Counted from the first letter of the stretch, positions 1-18,798 are shown. The stretch is DNA of 64,000 bases from the human T2T-CHM13v2.0 reference genome, Homo sapiens (GCF_009914755.1 NC_060925.1), one strand, 5' to 3'. The notes: generated by a model not told the origin, from the sequence alone. Numbers and translations are program-made.

Positions 1-163
1 TGCCAGTCCCGGCTAATTTTATTTATTTAGTTATTTGTATTTTAGTAGAGACGGGGTTTCACCATGTTGCCCAGTCTGGTCTCGAACTCCTGAGCTCAGG
101 CAATCTGCCTGCCTCCGCCTCCCAAAGTGCTAGGATTACAGGCGTGAGCCCCCCAACGTGGCC
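1..163 (-). mobile_element. Alu (partial, cut by window edge)
   Basis: Antisense Alu left arm: gtagagacggggtttcaccatgttg...cccaaagtgctaggattacaggcgtgagcc. Confidence 0.95.
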
Positions 164-214
164 CAAAGATCAGATTTTTAAGGAAGTCTACGACACCCAA
201 AAGGTTAAGAATTT

Positions 215-335
215 GTGATCTAGACCAACCTCTTCATTTGACAGATGAGGTAAATGAAGCCGAAAGATGGCCGGTGATTTGCCCAGGACTAGCATCAGAG
301 CAGAAGTGGGACTTGAAATCTGAGTCAGTCTGCCC
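215..335. mobile_element. MIR fragment
   Basis: MIR core-like catttgacagatgaggtaaatgaagcc...gatttgcccagg. Confidence 0.65.
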
Positions 336-1378
336 TTTCACTATACACCAATTATAATGAGGTTTACAGATGCCTGAGCTGCTCCTGGCTCCAGGGAGCC
401 CTAGCTTGGGAAACACCAAGCCCCTACACAATGAGATCCAGATTAAGAATGGATGTGTCATCCCAGCTCCACCGCTAGCCAGCTGCACAACTATCCCGCA
501 CTCTCTGCACATCATTTTACCTTCCAGAGTAGCATTTTACCTTCCAGAGAGAAGCATTCCCTGACCTCCCTACTTCTGAGGAACAGTATGAGGAAGCAAG
601 GACATGAAATGTGATGGAGCTCCAGAGATGGGGCAGGGGAGGGGAGGAAGAGGGAAGAACAGAAGACAGCAAGTGGTTGTTCAAAGAGGCTGGGGCTGGG
701 CACTGGATAGATGGGATGGTTTTGTTTTATGCAGCCGTTTCATCTTCTGGGGCTAAATTTCCCCATCCCTCACACTGTAGGTAACGAGTCTCCTCAAACT
801 CTGCCCTTGCATCCTCTGAATTGATCAGGGTCCTTCTTTGTAAAACAAAGCAAATATAAAAACCTGGAATCCTCCCCATCTGGTTTAAGCATGAGAGGAT
901 TCAGTAAGGGTATTAAGAGGGCTGAAAAACAGACTAGAGTCTGAGCTTCCAGGATGACTCCCAGAGCCACACTGCAGATCTGGCTGCCAGGGGAGCAGCT
1001 GCCTCCGTCAGGAGCAGGAAGTTGCCAGTTCTAACCCATTCTGTGCCTGCTGTGATCTGGTGCCAGCAAAAAGGGAGGACCCCTTCCTGCCATGTCCCTG
1101 TCCCTAGGTAACTCTGTTCAGAGACAAAGATTAGCTCAGATTGGTGCGACTAGCACCCCTAGCAGCAACGGAAATGAAAAAATAAGGGCAGTTTTCTTTT
1201 GTTTTAGTTTTCATTGGAAAGGTAGGATGCATCCTTGAAAGACTATCAAAATATCAAGAGGGTGTTGAAAACATTTGGGCAGCCATGAATACGTCTATGA
1301 TAGTGCCCCTTGAGATGCTGGGGACATAGTCCCAGGAGACTTGCTATAACAACTGTATTTTGAGGTCTCTCATTTTAA

Positions 1379-1669
<291 letters not shown>

Positions 1670-1948
1670 TAATTTCAACACATTTTTTAAAAATTCATTG
1701 ACTTCTGTATTATATGTGTATATATCTCTTATCATCTATCTAGAAATATATATATACATACACACATATACTATTTATAAGCACACATTGTATACATACA
1801 TGTTTTATTTACCATAATAATCACATTTCTCTAAAAATCAAGTAGAATTGGGGTGTTGAGGAGAATATTTGAAGCTAATCCTTCAGTTTCTCATAACCCT
1901 CAGCTACACACACACACACACACACAGGCCCTTAAAGATCTTAGAAGG

Positions 1949-2078
1949 AAGGGAGGCTAAATGTCCTGGTTTATCTGGAACAGGCCTGGTTTATGCCTAT
2001 GGGCCCAGCATAATGATTAATAACACACCTACTGTCTCCAAAGTCCTCATTTAAATGATAAATTATATAGTCGTCTTA
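1949..2078 (+). mobile_element. MER81-like hAT-Blackjack MITE
   Basis: tgtcctggtttatctggaacaggcctggtttatgcc...gataaattatatagtc resembles recalled MER81 consensus. Confidence 0.6.
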
Positions 2079-4189
2079 ATCTTGGGGGACACCTGACAGT
2101 CCCTGGCTTCTGGGATGTGCTGACAGAAACGAAATTGCAACCTGACCCAGCCAGCCCTTGGGGAAAACTAGGTGGTCAGCTGATTTGTCTTTATTCTCCT
2201 ATTTTGAGAGGTCGGACCTCCAGGCCCTACCTCACCACCCCCAGCCAGTTGAACTAAGACCTCTGGGGACATGGGCTCCTAAGTCCTGTCCCCTAAGAAT
2301 CAAGAATGCATAATCACAGATGCTCACACACAGGCTACGGTCCTAGCCAAGCCACGGCCATCTTATTGCTCAAAACTTTCCTCCTCTAGGAACCATCCCT
2401 AACACTGATCCACTGTAAATATAAGTCCTTTAGTATATGATGTCCCCACATTGCATAAAACTCACTGAACCTGCTTACATGCCAATTCTGTATGAGTTTG
2501 ATTATTTCGTTTACTACAGTCCTGCCTTTCCCACCAGACTAGGGATCCCAGGGTTAGGGGGCTATCTACTAGGTATCCCCAAGTGCAGGATTGAGTTCTT
2601 CCCCCATCAAACTAGGGGTCTCTAATGGCAGGAACCAGTCTCCCCTATCAGATGAAGCTCCCAAGCACAGGAGTCCTGTAACCTGGAAGACAATCATGTC
2701 ATCTTCTCTTTACTTCTGCCTTTGCCTTCAGTGCCCAACTTAGGTCCAAGGGAAAGTGTAGGTATGGATCTTGTTCTCCTAACTACCCCGCACCTGGGCT
2801 GGGTGAAGGGGTGAGATTTGTTCCTGTGACTCCCTTTCAAAGCAGTTCTGATTTTTCCAGTCTGCCTGGGCCTCCAGGCTGCAGAGTGGACTGACTCGTG
2901 CTTAATGAAGCACATTCTCCATCTGTGGTCTGCCCCTCCTGGCAGCTCCAGCTGCCTGGGGCCTGGCTTTGGGGGAAGCAGTAAAGAAGTTCCTTCATCT
3001 CAGGCTGCCCCCCACTACAGACACACCAAGGGATCCACTCCCCCAGGCCAGCCCCACCCCACCCATGTTAGGCTAATGAGACCCAGACCCCACACCAGAG
3101 CTGTCCTGATTGGGTTGACCTATTTAATTAAAACAGCAGCTTCCAAAAACGGAGGTTCTGCTCCAAGGCTCTGCCCCTGGCCTCAAAGACAGACTCTGGC
3201 TGTCTCTGGCCAGCTTGGACTTTGGCACTCCTTCTCAGACCCCGACTTTCTTCTCTCCCTCCCTCCTTCCTTCTCCTCATTTTTCCAACATCTGTGTCCA
3301 GAAAGGAAGAAAAACCGTGTTTGGACTGGCCTCCTTCCATCAGTCATTTTTTTCCACTTTCAAACATCTTGTCTAAAGCAGAGTCAGTTACATAAACATT
3401 CCACCTCTTTCCATAAATTGGCCGCAGTTACTGAACAATAGCGTTACTGTGCAGGGGAAGAGGGAGCTCAAGGCCACACCCCACAAGTGCTGGTCCCCCA
3501 GCCAAATAGAACCAGAGACTCATTCTTTGAAAGAACCAAAGAGGAAATCCAGAATCTTCGGGCGAGACCTTTTCTGCTGTGCTTGGAGTGGTTCCTTTAC
3601 CAAAGCCCCTCTCTGCTCTGCCCTCCCGGCAGCCATCTTCCATCTCTTAACTTCAAGCTGTTTGAACGGATGCCCAATTTCTGCTTTTTCCTTAACTGCC
3701 TGACAGTGTGTGTCACTGTGTGTCCCTGTCCTGAGGGCAGAGTGTGTGGATGATGGAGTTGGTGGTGGTGGTGATGTGTGCCTGTGTGTGTGTGCGTGTG
3801 TGTCTTTTGGCAAGATTTTTGGAGGCACGCCCTCAAGATTTTGTTGCCTTTTCTTAAATAGAAGCAGTTAGACCTCACTAATTCAGACCAGTTGGAGAAA
3901 AGTCCACAGGGGAAAAAAAGTCTGACTTAACAGAACACAGTTCTTCTTAGGCCCTCTCCCTTCTCCCAAGTGCATCCAGTTACTGGAACTGGACTAACCA
4001 CATTGGCAGATACAGTTTTGCCAGACTTGCTCCGTGAATAGGTAAAGACCACTTTTTCCATTATCTTGAGTACCTAATTAAATGTGTGGGCCACTCAAGG
4101 TGTGAAAATGCGTTTTTTTTTCTTTTCATAGTAGGTCAGATATCTTCAACACTTATATAGTACTTGTCATTGGCTTAGTGAACTGTCTT

Positions 4190-4340
4190 CTTAGCCAGAC
4201 TGTATGCTCTTTAAGGACAAGTTCTATATCTGAATCCATTCACTATCCAGTGCCTATTGTAGCTCCAAGCACATAGTAAGTGTGCAAAATAAATGTTGAA
4301 TAATGGATGGATGGATGGATAAATGGATGGATAGATGAAA
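4190..4340 (+). mobile_element. L2 3' end with (TGGA)n tail
   Basis: gcacatagtaagtgtgcaaaataaatgttgaataatggatggatgg is typical of the L2 terminus. Confidence 0.7.
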
Positions 4341-4764
4341 TTAGTGAAGTGGGAATAGAGGGGTGGAGAAAGAGCCTTGGCAGGGGAAGTTTGAAGGAAG
4401 CTTCTATTGACCTCCTTCTGATGAGGAGCAGAAGTAGCAGAGAGCGATGTTAGAGCAAGAGCAAGTAACAGACAGCATTGCCATCAGCTCTCACAGCAAG
4501 TGGCAGGAGAAGGGGGAGGCAGAGATGGTTGGAGCTGGGGCTGGGGAAGTGAGTGGTAAAGCAGGAGTAGGAAGGCTATGATTGAATGGGGTTGGTGGGA
4601 AGATGTAATTGTGTGAATGGGTCTATGAGCAGCTCTGGTGCTAGAGGCAGATGTGGGTGTGGTAAAAAGAGATTGCTATGGGTAAACTAAGTTGAAAAGG
4701 TGCTGTATCAGTTAAGCTGCTTTTGGCTGCAAGTAATAGAAAATTTAGTTCAGTTGGCTTATAC

Positions 4765-4998
4765 TAGTCATTCTCAACTGGGGGCAATTTTACTCCCCAG
4801 GGGACATTTCACAAGGTCTGAAGACATTTGTGGTTGTCACAACTGGGATGTGGGGGATAGTCATACTGGTATCTAGTGGGTAGTGGCCAGTGATGCTTCT
4901 CAACATACCACAATGCACAGGACCACACATAATGCACAGCTGCCCACAACAAAGTATTATGTGGCCCAAAGTGTCAGTGGTGATGTTGAGAAACCCTG
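4765..4998 (+). mobile_element. MER20 (hAT-Charlie) inserted in an MLT1-type LTR
   Basis: ttctcaactgggggcaattttactccccaggggacat...gttgagaaaccctg; 8-bp TSD gcttatac (4757-4764) / gcttaaac (4999-5006). Confidence 0.85.
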
Positions 4999-5529
4999 GC
5001 TTAAACCAATAAGAAACAATTTATTGTTCCATACAATCAGCAGTTTCAAGGGTGGTCATTTTATGTGTTCATTGAGGAGGTGGGTTCTCCCCACCAGGAG
5101 CCTTTGCCTCTGCCATGTATTCGGCCTTTGTTCCCTCAGGGCCACAAGAGACTACAGTGGCTCCAAGTATCACATCCTCACCCAAGAGCATCTTCCTGTC
5201 CCTTTATAAAACTCAAATTCCTTTCATGTCTCACTAGCCTTGTGTTTCATGCCTATTCCTCAATCAATCCTGGGCGAGGGGATTGCCATGATTAATTTAA
5301 TTGACATCCCTCACCCCTATCCCCACACTGACACTGGGGTGTGGAATGTGAAACATGAAGAAAATGTATATTCTGTTAAAAAGAAAATGTATCTTCTGGA
5401 GAAAGAAGAGGGTGCTGTGTGGTTCACAACAGGCTCTCCCCAGTGTATTGGGTTCATGAAACTGAGAAATGCAGTCCTGGGCCTCAAGGCTGGAACTTGC
5501 TGCTCTGTTACTCACTTTGGATTCACACC

Positions 5530-6056
5530 TTCGTTCATTCATTCCATAAGCAATAGATATTTACGGAATGCCTGTGCGTGGTGTAAGGGACATAACAGAC
5601 ATGTGGTTCCTGCCGACCTGGAGCTTTCAGTCTTGTAAGGGAGACACTAATCAAATAGTCTCATGGATGATGTGCAATTAAAGACAGAGACAGGCTGGGA
5701 TTTAAAAGCACATGGAGCAGTGACAGTATATTACAGAAGACATTACAAAGAAGGTGAGGGAGAGTCAGGAAGGGTTTCCTTGGTTGAGCTAAGATCTGAA
5801 GAATGCATGAAAATTAGCTTGGTAAAAGACAGGGGGCAGAAGAGATTTCCCGAGAATAGTAACCATGTCTGCACATCCCTCTGTGGGGAGAAGCTCAGTG
5901 CAATCCAGGAACTGTCACAGTGGAGTGCAGAGCAGAGATCCAGGGGAGGACAGCAGGGATTTTGAGAGGTTAGGCAAGGGCCGAATCTCGTAGGGTTTGC
6001 TCATGTTAAGGATTTTTGTCTTGGTCTTACGAGCAAGGAAAATTCATTCAGGTGTC
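5530..6056 (-). mobile_element. L2 fragment (resumes at ~8188, host of the ST13 retrocopy)
   Basis: ttcattcattcc...ttcctgccgacctggagctttcagtc; L2-like sequence resumes after 8187. Confidence 0.65.
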
Positions 6057-6069
6057 CCAAACAAGGATC

Positions 6070-8179
<2,110 letters not shown>

Positions 8180-8344
8180 TAAGGATCATTTTGATTGCAG
8201 TGTGAAGAACAAAGTGGAGAGAAGCAGGCTAGATTTGGGAAGACAAGAAACTACTGCAGGGGTGCAAGCAGGTGAGGTGGGATGGTGGGTTGGATCAGGG
8301 CGAAGGTGGGAATGTAGAGAGGTTGTGAGATTTAAGATACATTT

Positions 8345-8663
<319 letters not shown>

Positions 8664-8984
8664 TTAAAAGGTAAAATTGACCAAATTTATTGATGGATTT
8701 CTTGTGGACCAGTGGGGAAAAGAAAGGGTTAAGGACGGATTCCTAAATTTCTGGATTCAGAAAATGGTTGGAAGGTAGAGCCATTTATTAAGAAAGAAAA
8801 CAGTGGAAAAGGATCAGAACTCTGGGAAAATTAGAGTTCAGTTTTCGTCGTGGTGAGATCACAGCTCCCTTGAGACATCCAAGTGGAGATGCTGAGCAGG
8901 CAATTCGATATATGGATCCAGAGATCAAAGGAGAAGACTGCGTTGAAAATATACATTTAGAGAATATCGGCATACAGATGGTAT

Positions 8985-9878
8985 AGTGGGTGTCTATCAC
9001 CAAGTAACAAATTACCTCAACACTTGGTGACTTCAAACAACAGCCATTTATTATCTCTTACGGTTTTGTTGTATTGAGACTTTGGACAGTGCATGGAGGG
9101 GATGACTTTGTTCTACAGTGTCTGAGGTCTCAGCTGGGAGACTCAATGGCTGGGACCTGAAACTATGTATATTTTTTTCTTTCTTTTATTTTATTTATTT
9201 ATTTATTTATTTTTATTATTATTTTTTTTTTGAGACAGAGTCTCACTCTGTCGCCCAGGCTGGAGTGCAGTGGTGCGATCTCGGCTCACTGCAAGCTCCA
9301 CCTCCTGGGATCAAGTGATTGGTTCTTCAGCCTCAGCCTCCCGAGTAGCTGGGACTACAGGTGCCCGCCAGCATACCCAGCTAATTTTTTGTGTTTTTAG
9401 TAGAGACGGGGTTTCACCATATTGGCTAGGCTGGTCTTGAACTCTTGACCTCGTGATCTGCCCACCTTGGCCTCCCGAAGTGCTGGGATTACAGGCGTGA
9501 GCCACCACGCCTGGCCTATATGATATTAATGTTGGCTGCTGGCTGAGAGCTTAGCTAGAGTCGTTGGCTGCCAACACCCACATATGGCCTCTCTACGTGG
9601 CCTGGGCTTCCTCAGCACAGGATGGATTGCTTCTAAAATCAAGAAACCCAAGAGAGAGATCCAAGTGGAAACTGAATTCTTCAAATGACCTAACCTCTGA
9701 ATTCATACAGCGTTACTTCCATTTGACCAAAGAAGTCATAAGCTGCCAGGAAGATTCAAGGGGAGGAAACTTAGACCCTACTTCTTGGTGGAAGAGTGTC
9801 AGTTATGTTTTAAGAGGAGTATGTGGGATGGGATAAATATATAGGTGTGACCATTCTTGGACAATACTATGAGCCACA
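8985..9878 (-). mobile_element. MLT1 (G/H-like) MaLR LTR interrupted by an Alu
   Basis: aacaaattacctcaacacttggtgacttcaaacaacagccatttattatctc...ggcctgggcttcctcagcac...gattcaaggggaggaaacttagacccta. Confidence 0.7.
9172..9516 (-). mobile_element. Alu (AluS-like) with (TTTA)n tail
   Basis: Full antisense dimer. Confidence 0.95.
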
Positions 9879-10309
9879 GATGGTGGTAACAAATAAGGTG
9901 TCCCAAACAAAAACAATATGGATGAGAAGAGGAGAGTGTCTAGGATGGAGATTTGGAGTTATCTTACATTATAAAGAAGAAGAGTCTAAAAAAAAAAGGC
10001 AGAGAAGAAGCAGACAGGGAGTAGAAGGAAAACCAGAGAGCATGGCGTCGCAGAAGCCACGGAAAGAAAGTTCACTCATTTATTCACTGAGTATTTATCA
10101 GGCACCTACTGTATTTATCAGGCACTTATACCAGACTGTTCTAGGTTCTGGGACTGTACTAATGAATGCAAAATTCCTTGACTTCATGATTATTACATTC
10201 TAGAAGAGAACTATCCAGTTAGTTGAAGACTGAAAAAAAAATGTGCCTTGGACATAGTCACTTGAAGGTCAATGGTGATCTTCATGAAAATGGCTTTTAT
10301 AAGAAATGG

Positions 10310-10610
10310 GGACCAAGCATGATGGCTCATGCCTATAATCCCAGCACTTTGGGAGGCTGAGGCAGGAGGACTGCTTGAGCCCAGGAGTTTGAGATCAGTC
10401 TGGGCAACATAGCAAGACCACATCTCTATAAAAAGTAACAAAAAATTAGCCAGGCATGGTGACGTGTGCCTGTGGTCCCAGCTAGTTGGGAGGCTGAAGC
10501 AGGAGGATAGCTTGAGTCTTGGAGGTCGAGGCCATAGTGAGCAGAGATCATGCCACTGCACTCCAGCCTGGATGACAAAGTGAGACCCTGTCTCAAGAAA
10601 AGAAAAGAAA
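10310..10610 (+). mobile_element. Alu (AluJ-like)
   Basis: gcttgagcccaggagtttgagatcagtctgggcaacatagc. Confidence 0.93.
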
Positions 10611-11812
10611 TGGAACAGAAGCCAGATTGGGTGGGTTGAGGAATCAATTGGAGATGGGGAGTATAAAAAATGGATTGGGGAGGTAAAGGCAGCTATGGGG
10701 CTCTGAGGATAAAGACAAAACCCCTGACAGGGCATTTCCACTTCTCTGTAGCATGTCCTATTATCAGGCTGCATTGGAAGGGGCTGAAGCCCCACTGTGA
10801 CTGGCAAGGGACCTGCATCATTTTTTTCTGCGCTCCGCTCAGCATTGTTCAGGAGTAACCAAGAATGTGCTGCCTTGTGCAGTTCCAGCCTCCAACCCTT
10901 AGTCACAGCTCTGTCATCTCCTGCACCTTCATGGATTCTTTCCTGGATTGTTTCTTTGTTGCTGCTAAACTCCGTCCTGAGCTTGCAGCCCAGATTCTAG
11001 CCACGTTGATCTCCTCACAAGCTATGCCTGAACTCCCCTCCTTCCTTCTATCTATCCCTTTCACTATTTGAGTTCACTTCAAAACTCCTTCTCCATGAAG
11101 AAGGACCCACGCCAGCCCTCATGGATGCTCTTACCCACTGAAGGCTGCACTGAGCTCAGCTCTGCACCATGCACGGTTCTGGCTGGCCTGTGATGTTTGC
11201 GTCTTAATCTCCCACACCACAGGTAACTTATTTGAAAGCAGACCAGGGTGGAGATGTTTCCTATGTCTTTACAGTGTCCCCGAGGCAAGCTCGATATTGG
11301 ACTAAGTAAATAGCAGGGGCCCAATATCTGTTGCATCTGTTGAATGACTTGATGCAGAGCCTACCTGAGCCCTCCCACACTTGCCCCAGACGACCTGCTC
11401 TGTGAGCCTGTAGCAGTAGCTGAATACAGGATAGGAATGGGGGCTGCTTTTCTCAAGACTCTGCTTGCAGAGCTCCTGGGGAATAAACAGCAGGAGAGGC
11501 CCTCTCTCTACTCAAGAATCTGAGTTCAATCTGGGGATAGAGGAAGAGGGTTATAGTTCCCCATCCCCATAAGCACCCCCAGATAAATCAAAGAGAACAC
11601 ACCAGCCCACAGCAGTAGCTGAACAAGCCCATTTAGGTATGGCAAATAGATAACAGAATAAAAGACTGACTGAGGCAGGATGATCTTCTCTGGTAGAGTT
11701 TTATCCAAGTGAAAGGTCTTAAGCTTGATGTGGGAGACATACAAATGCCACTTGTTAGCCATACCACCTTGTACAAATCACATAAACCCCTCTGAGCCTC
11801 CGTTTCCCAACC

Positions 11813-11960
11813 TTTTTTTTTTTTAGAAGCTGAGTCTTGCTATGTTACCTTGGCTGGACTAGTGGTGGACTCACTGCAGCCTCAAAATCCTAGGCTAAAG
11901 GGATCCTCCTGCTCAGCCTCCTGAGTCACTGGATTACAGACATGAGCCACCGTGTCCAGC
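11813..11960 (-). mobile_element. Alu monomer (FAM/FRAM-like) in a MIR
   Basis: Single antisense arm with poly-T. Confidence 0.8.
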
Positions 11961-12007
11961 TCCCAAGTTTTCTAATCTTTAAAATTGGAATAATAATACC
12001 CACCACA

Positions 12008-12148
12008 GGCTGGACATGGCGGCTCACACCTGTAATCCCAGCACTTTGGGAGGCTGAGGAGAGAGGATTGCTTGAGCCCAGGAGTTTGAGATCAGCCTAG
12101 GGAACAAAGCGAGACTCTGTCTCTACAAATAATAATAATAATAATAAT
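12008..12148 (+). mobile_element. Alu monomer (FLAM-like) with (AAT)n tail
   Basis: Single left arm; TSD-like aataataatac(c/t)accaca on both sides. Confidence 0.85.
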
Positions 12149-12191
12149 ACCTACCACATAGAATTGCTAGGAGAAGTAAATGAGATAATGT

Positions 12192-12705
12192 ACAGTTGGT
12201 CCTGTTAGTTGTGACCTCTGTATTTGCAAATTTGCCTACTCACAAAAATGTATTTGTAACCCTCAAATCAATATTTACAATGTTTTTGGGGTCATTTGCA
12301 GACATGCACAGAGCAGCAGAAATTCAAATCACGTTCCCAGCTGAGGCTGGATAAGGCATGCTCTTCCTTCTTCTTTCAGCCCTCATGCTGTAAACAAATG
12401 CCCTTTTTGCAGTCTATTTAGTGCCATGGTTTTGGCATTTTTTGTGCTTTTTCTTGGTGATTTCACTGTCTAAAATGGTCCCCAAGCATAGCACTGAAGT
12501 GGTGTCTCCTGCTCCTAAGCACAAGAAGACTGTGATGAGATTTACTGAGAAAAGAAGTCTGTTAGATAAGCTTTGTTCAGGCCGAAATGATAGTGTTGTG
12601 GGCTGTGAGTTCAATGTTAATGAATCAATGATACATACTTCATAGAAGCTCATAAAACAAGGCTATGTATTGATTGGTTAATGAAAATGTTCTGACCAGA
12701 GGTTC
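12192..12705 (+). mobile_element. MER82-like TcMar-Tigger DNA transposon
   Basis: gtatttgcaaatttgcctact...gttcccagctgagg...gagttcaatgttaatgaatcaa; ORF 12421-12645 retains a Tigger/CENP-B-like N-terminal HTH remnant. Confidence 0.75.
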
Positions 12706-13977
12706 GAGGTCTGCAGTGATTTTGTAGGGCGTAAGTACCCTAAGTAATGAGAATGGGCAGTATGTAGAAGTGCCTATATAGTGCATGGTGTAGACGAGAC
12801 GCATTGAGAAGTGCTGACTCCTGAACTTGGTGAGAAGATGGCAGAAAGCACTCCAAGCAGTTTCTTTCCATGGTTGTTTGTGCTTTGCCGGGAATTTGGA
12901 TCCTGTAAGAGTCAAACAATTTTTGCTCATAAGTTTCTGTCCCTTTGCATCCATTGAGGTACAGAGTTAAAAAAAAAAAAAAAAAGTTTCTGTCTTATTT
13001 CTCTTGTATCCTGTGGGCGACTCATGTTTCTGCCCCAGACAGGGAGCTTAGGCAGGGGCTGAGTCTCCAAAAGGACTATGTCTCTTGCCTTCTTTGTGTT
13101 TTCTACCCTCCTTCTTGTTTGACACCCAGAGGTCCCAACTATCTTGTGTTTCAGTGGTTACTCTCACTGTGGTTCATCCTGGGGTGGGTGGAGGAGCAAA
13201 AGCCCTGTCTGGATCCCCGTTCCCCTGCAGGGTGACAGAGAAGTCTCTAAGCCCCGGCCATGGGGGAAAATGTGGGGGCGGGGGAAGGGGGACCCTGACC
13301 ACCAGCTTTCCCCCCATAGGAAAGGCCCTCCCCTATTGGGCTACTGTCTTTTCCCAGGTGGGGACGAAAGCAGCAAGAACTAAGAAAAAGGAGTAGAGGT
13401 TTTCTCCACACATGGGTCTGATTAGACTCTCATTCCTGAGGCTCTCTGGGCTTGAACACTTTCTCTCCAGGAAGCCAGACAGCCAGTTAGAGAAAATCTG
13501 CAAACCTGCACTGAGGCCAGGCTTCAGGAGGCAGCCCCGGGTGGGATGGAAGGGACGGGAGGGCTGTGGGCACTTGATCTTTATCACAGCCCTCAGCCTC
13601 CCGGCCTCCTGCCAGCTCCCATAGCCCCTGGCCAGGATCCTCCAAGAATTCAGAGCCTGAGGATTGTGTTACCTTCTGAATTCCATTAGCACAGGCCAGC
13701 TGGGGGCGGGGATGGGGGCTGGCTAGGGCTTACCTGAGGAGTCGTTTGGTGCCAAGCAGGCGCCTTGGGTCACTTGTTTCTGCCTTTCCAGCTTTGATTC
13801 CCCCTTTGCCTTCATTCTCTCACGTTCTCTGCAGGGAAGGACATGAATTGTGTATATGTTAATATAAACAAAAAAAGATAGGGGTTTTTCAGATGTTCAT
13901 AGGGAAGAGAAGTTAACGATGATACTAATAATAGCAAAACTGTGTGCCAGACACTGTTCTAATTGCTTATATGTATA

Positions 13978-15517
<1,540 letters not shown>

Positions 15518-15683
15518 ATTAGCACATTTAAAAATCAAAATATCTCTATTTTACAGATGAGGAGATTGAGGCAGAACTGTGTTGGACTACAGTTTCTTCA
15601 TAACCTTAAAGAAGTTAGACAAAATGAATCTAAAGTAACTTCCGGCAGAGCGCGGCCGAATGATCTCCGCTCACTGCAATGCT

Positions 15684-15985
<302 letters not shown>

Positions 15986-16107
15986 GAGTAACTTTCATGT
16001 TCATTTTTCATTTGTTTTTCTTTTTCTTGGTCTCTTTCCATAACAAGAAGGAGGAAAAGGAAACAGAAAGAAGAATTTATTTAATCTTTACTACACTGGG
16101 CTCTATA

Positions 16108-16310
16108 ACAATGGCAGCAAACTGTGTTTTCAAGAGCCAGAAAGTAAATATTTTAGGCTTTGTGATCCATACAATGTCTGTCATAACTATTCAGCTCTGT
16201 CATTGTAGCACCAAAGCAGCCAGATACAATATGTGGACCAGCCTGTGTAGCTGTACTTCAATAAAACTTCACTTAACTAAACAGGCAGAGGGCTGGATTT
16301 GGCCCTCTGA
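16108..16310 (+). mobile_element. MER58A-like hAT-Charlie MITE
   Basis: gccagaaagtaaatattttaggctttgtg...actattcagctctgtcattgtagc...ggctggatttggccc. Confidence 0.75.
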
Positions 16311-16686
16311 CCTGTTGCTTTATAAGATTACCCAGGCAGGGGTCCTGCCCTCAGAAAGCTCACCTTCTGCTCCAGGCTTCACTGTGAGATATATGAAGGT
16401 GACTGACATATTCCATTTGTTCGTGCAAAACTACATATACATGTGGACACACACACATGCTCATACACACATGCACATAGTGTTCCCCAGCTTTACATGT
16501 ATTTACACACACCACAGGCCTCTTTTACACATTGCCTGGTGGTTTACATCTCCAAAAGGAATAGTCCTGCTGGGCATTCACGATGTTCTAAGCCCTATGA
16601 TCAGTGATTTTCATGTTTTCTCAGGTCACCCTTCCCACAGTTTCGTCCATAGGAATTTTGGTCCCTGTATTAGTTTGTTAGGGCTA

Positions 16687-17370
<684 letters not shown>

Positions 17371-17469
17371 ATGGTGTCAGCAGGGTTGGATTCTCCTGAG
17401 GTTTCTCTTCTTGGCTTGTGGATGGCCTTTTCCTCTTTGTATCTTCATATGGTTTTCTCTCTCTGTGTC

Positions 17470-17816
17470 TGCTATGGTCTGAATGTTTGTGTTTCCCCAA
17501 AATTCATGTTCCTATCCTAATCCCCAGTGTGATGGTATTAGGATGTAGGGCTTTTAGGAGGTGATTAAGTCACGAGGGCAGAGCCCTCGTGAATGGAATT
17601 AGTTCCCTTATACAAGAAACCCCATCCCTTCCACCATATGAAGACACAGCAAGAAGGTGCCATCTATGGTGAAAGGGACCTCACCAGACACTGAATTTTC
17701 TGGAGACTTGATCATGGACTTCCTACCCTCCAGAACTGTGAGAAATAAATATTTGATCTCGATAAGCCACCTAGCCTTGTGGTATTTTGTTATAGCAGCC
17801 CAAACGGACTGAGACA
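17470..17816 (+). mobile_element. MLT1A-like solo LTR
   Basis: tgctatggtctgaatgtttgtgt...gcagcccaaacggactgagaca; TG...CA ends; 5-bp TSD gtgtc (17465-17469, 17817-17821). Confidence 0.85.
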
Positions 17817-17969
17817 GTGTCTGTGTCCTTATCTCCTTTTGTTATAAGGACACCTGTCATGTTGCATTAGGGCCTACCCATATGATCTCATTTTAAATGA
17901 CCCTTTTAAAGACCCTGTCTCCAAATGGTGCCATTCTAAGGTACTGGGGGACAGGGCCGCAACACATAA

Positions 17970-18510
<541 letters not shown>

Positions 18511-18796
18511 TGATGAACATTTATGTTATTTCCAGACTATTAGGAATAAAGTCACTGTGAGCATTATTATACCAGTCTTTTTGTGGCTGTAACTCTAATT
18601 TCTCTTGCCTAAATACCTAGGAGTCTAATTGCTGAGTGATAGAATAGGTGAAACATTTAACTTTGTAAGAAACTGCCAAACAGTTTTCCAAAGTGCTTAT
18701 TCTATTTTCACTTTTATCAGCAATGTATGAGATATCTGGTTGTTCCTTGTCATCATCAACATGGAGTTGTTTTTCCCTTTGCTATTGAGTTGGAGT

Positions 18797-18798
<2 letters not shown>

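Noticed and set aside
3040-3441. CACCC/ATTGG/TATTTAA promoter-like cluster and the 178-aa ORF overlapping it
   Set aside because: Short motifs are common by chance, spacing is atypical, and the ORF begins upstream of the motifs.
10211-10906. 231-aa minus-strand ORF
   Set aside because: Largely antisense Alu translation plus repeat-derived flank; no recognisable domain.
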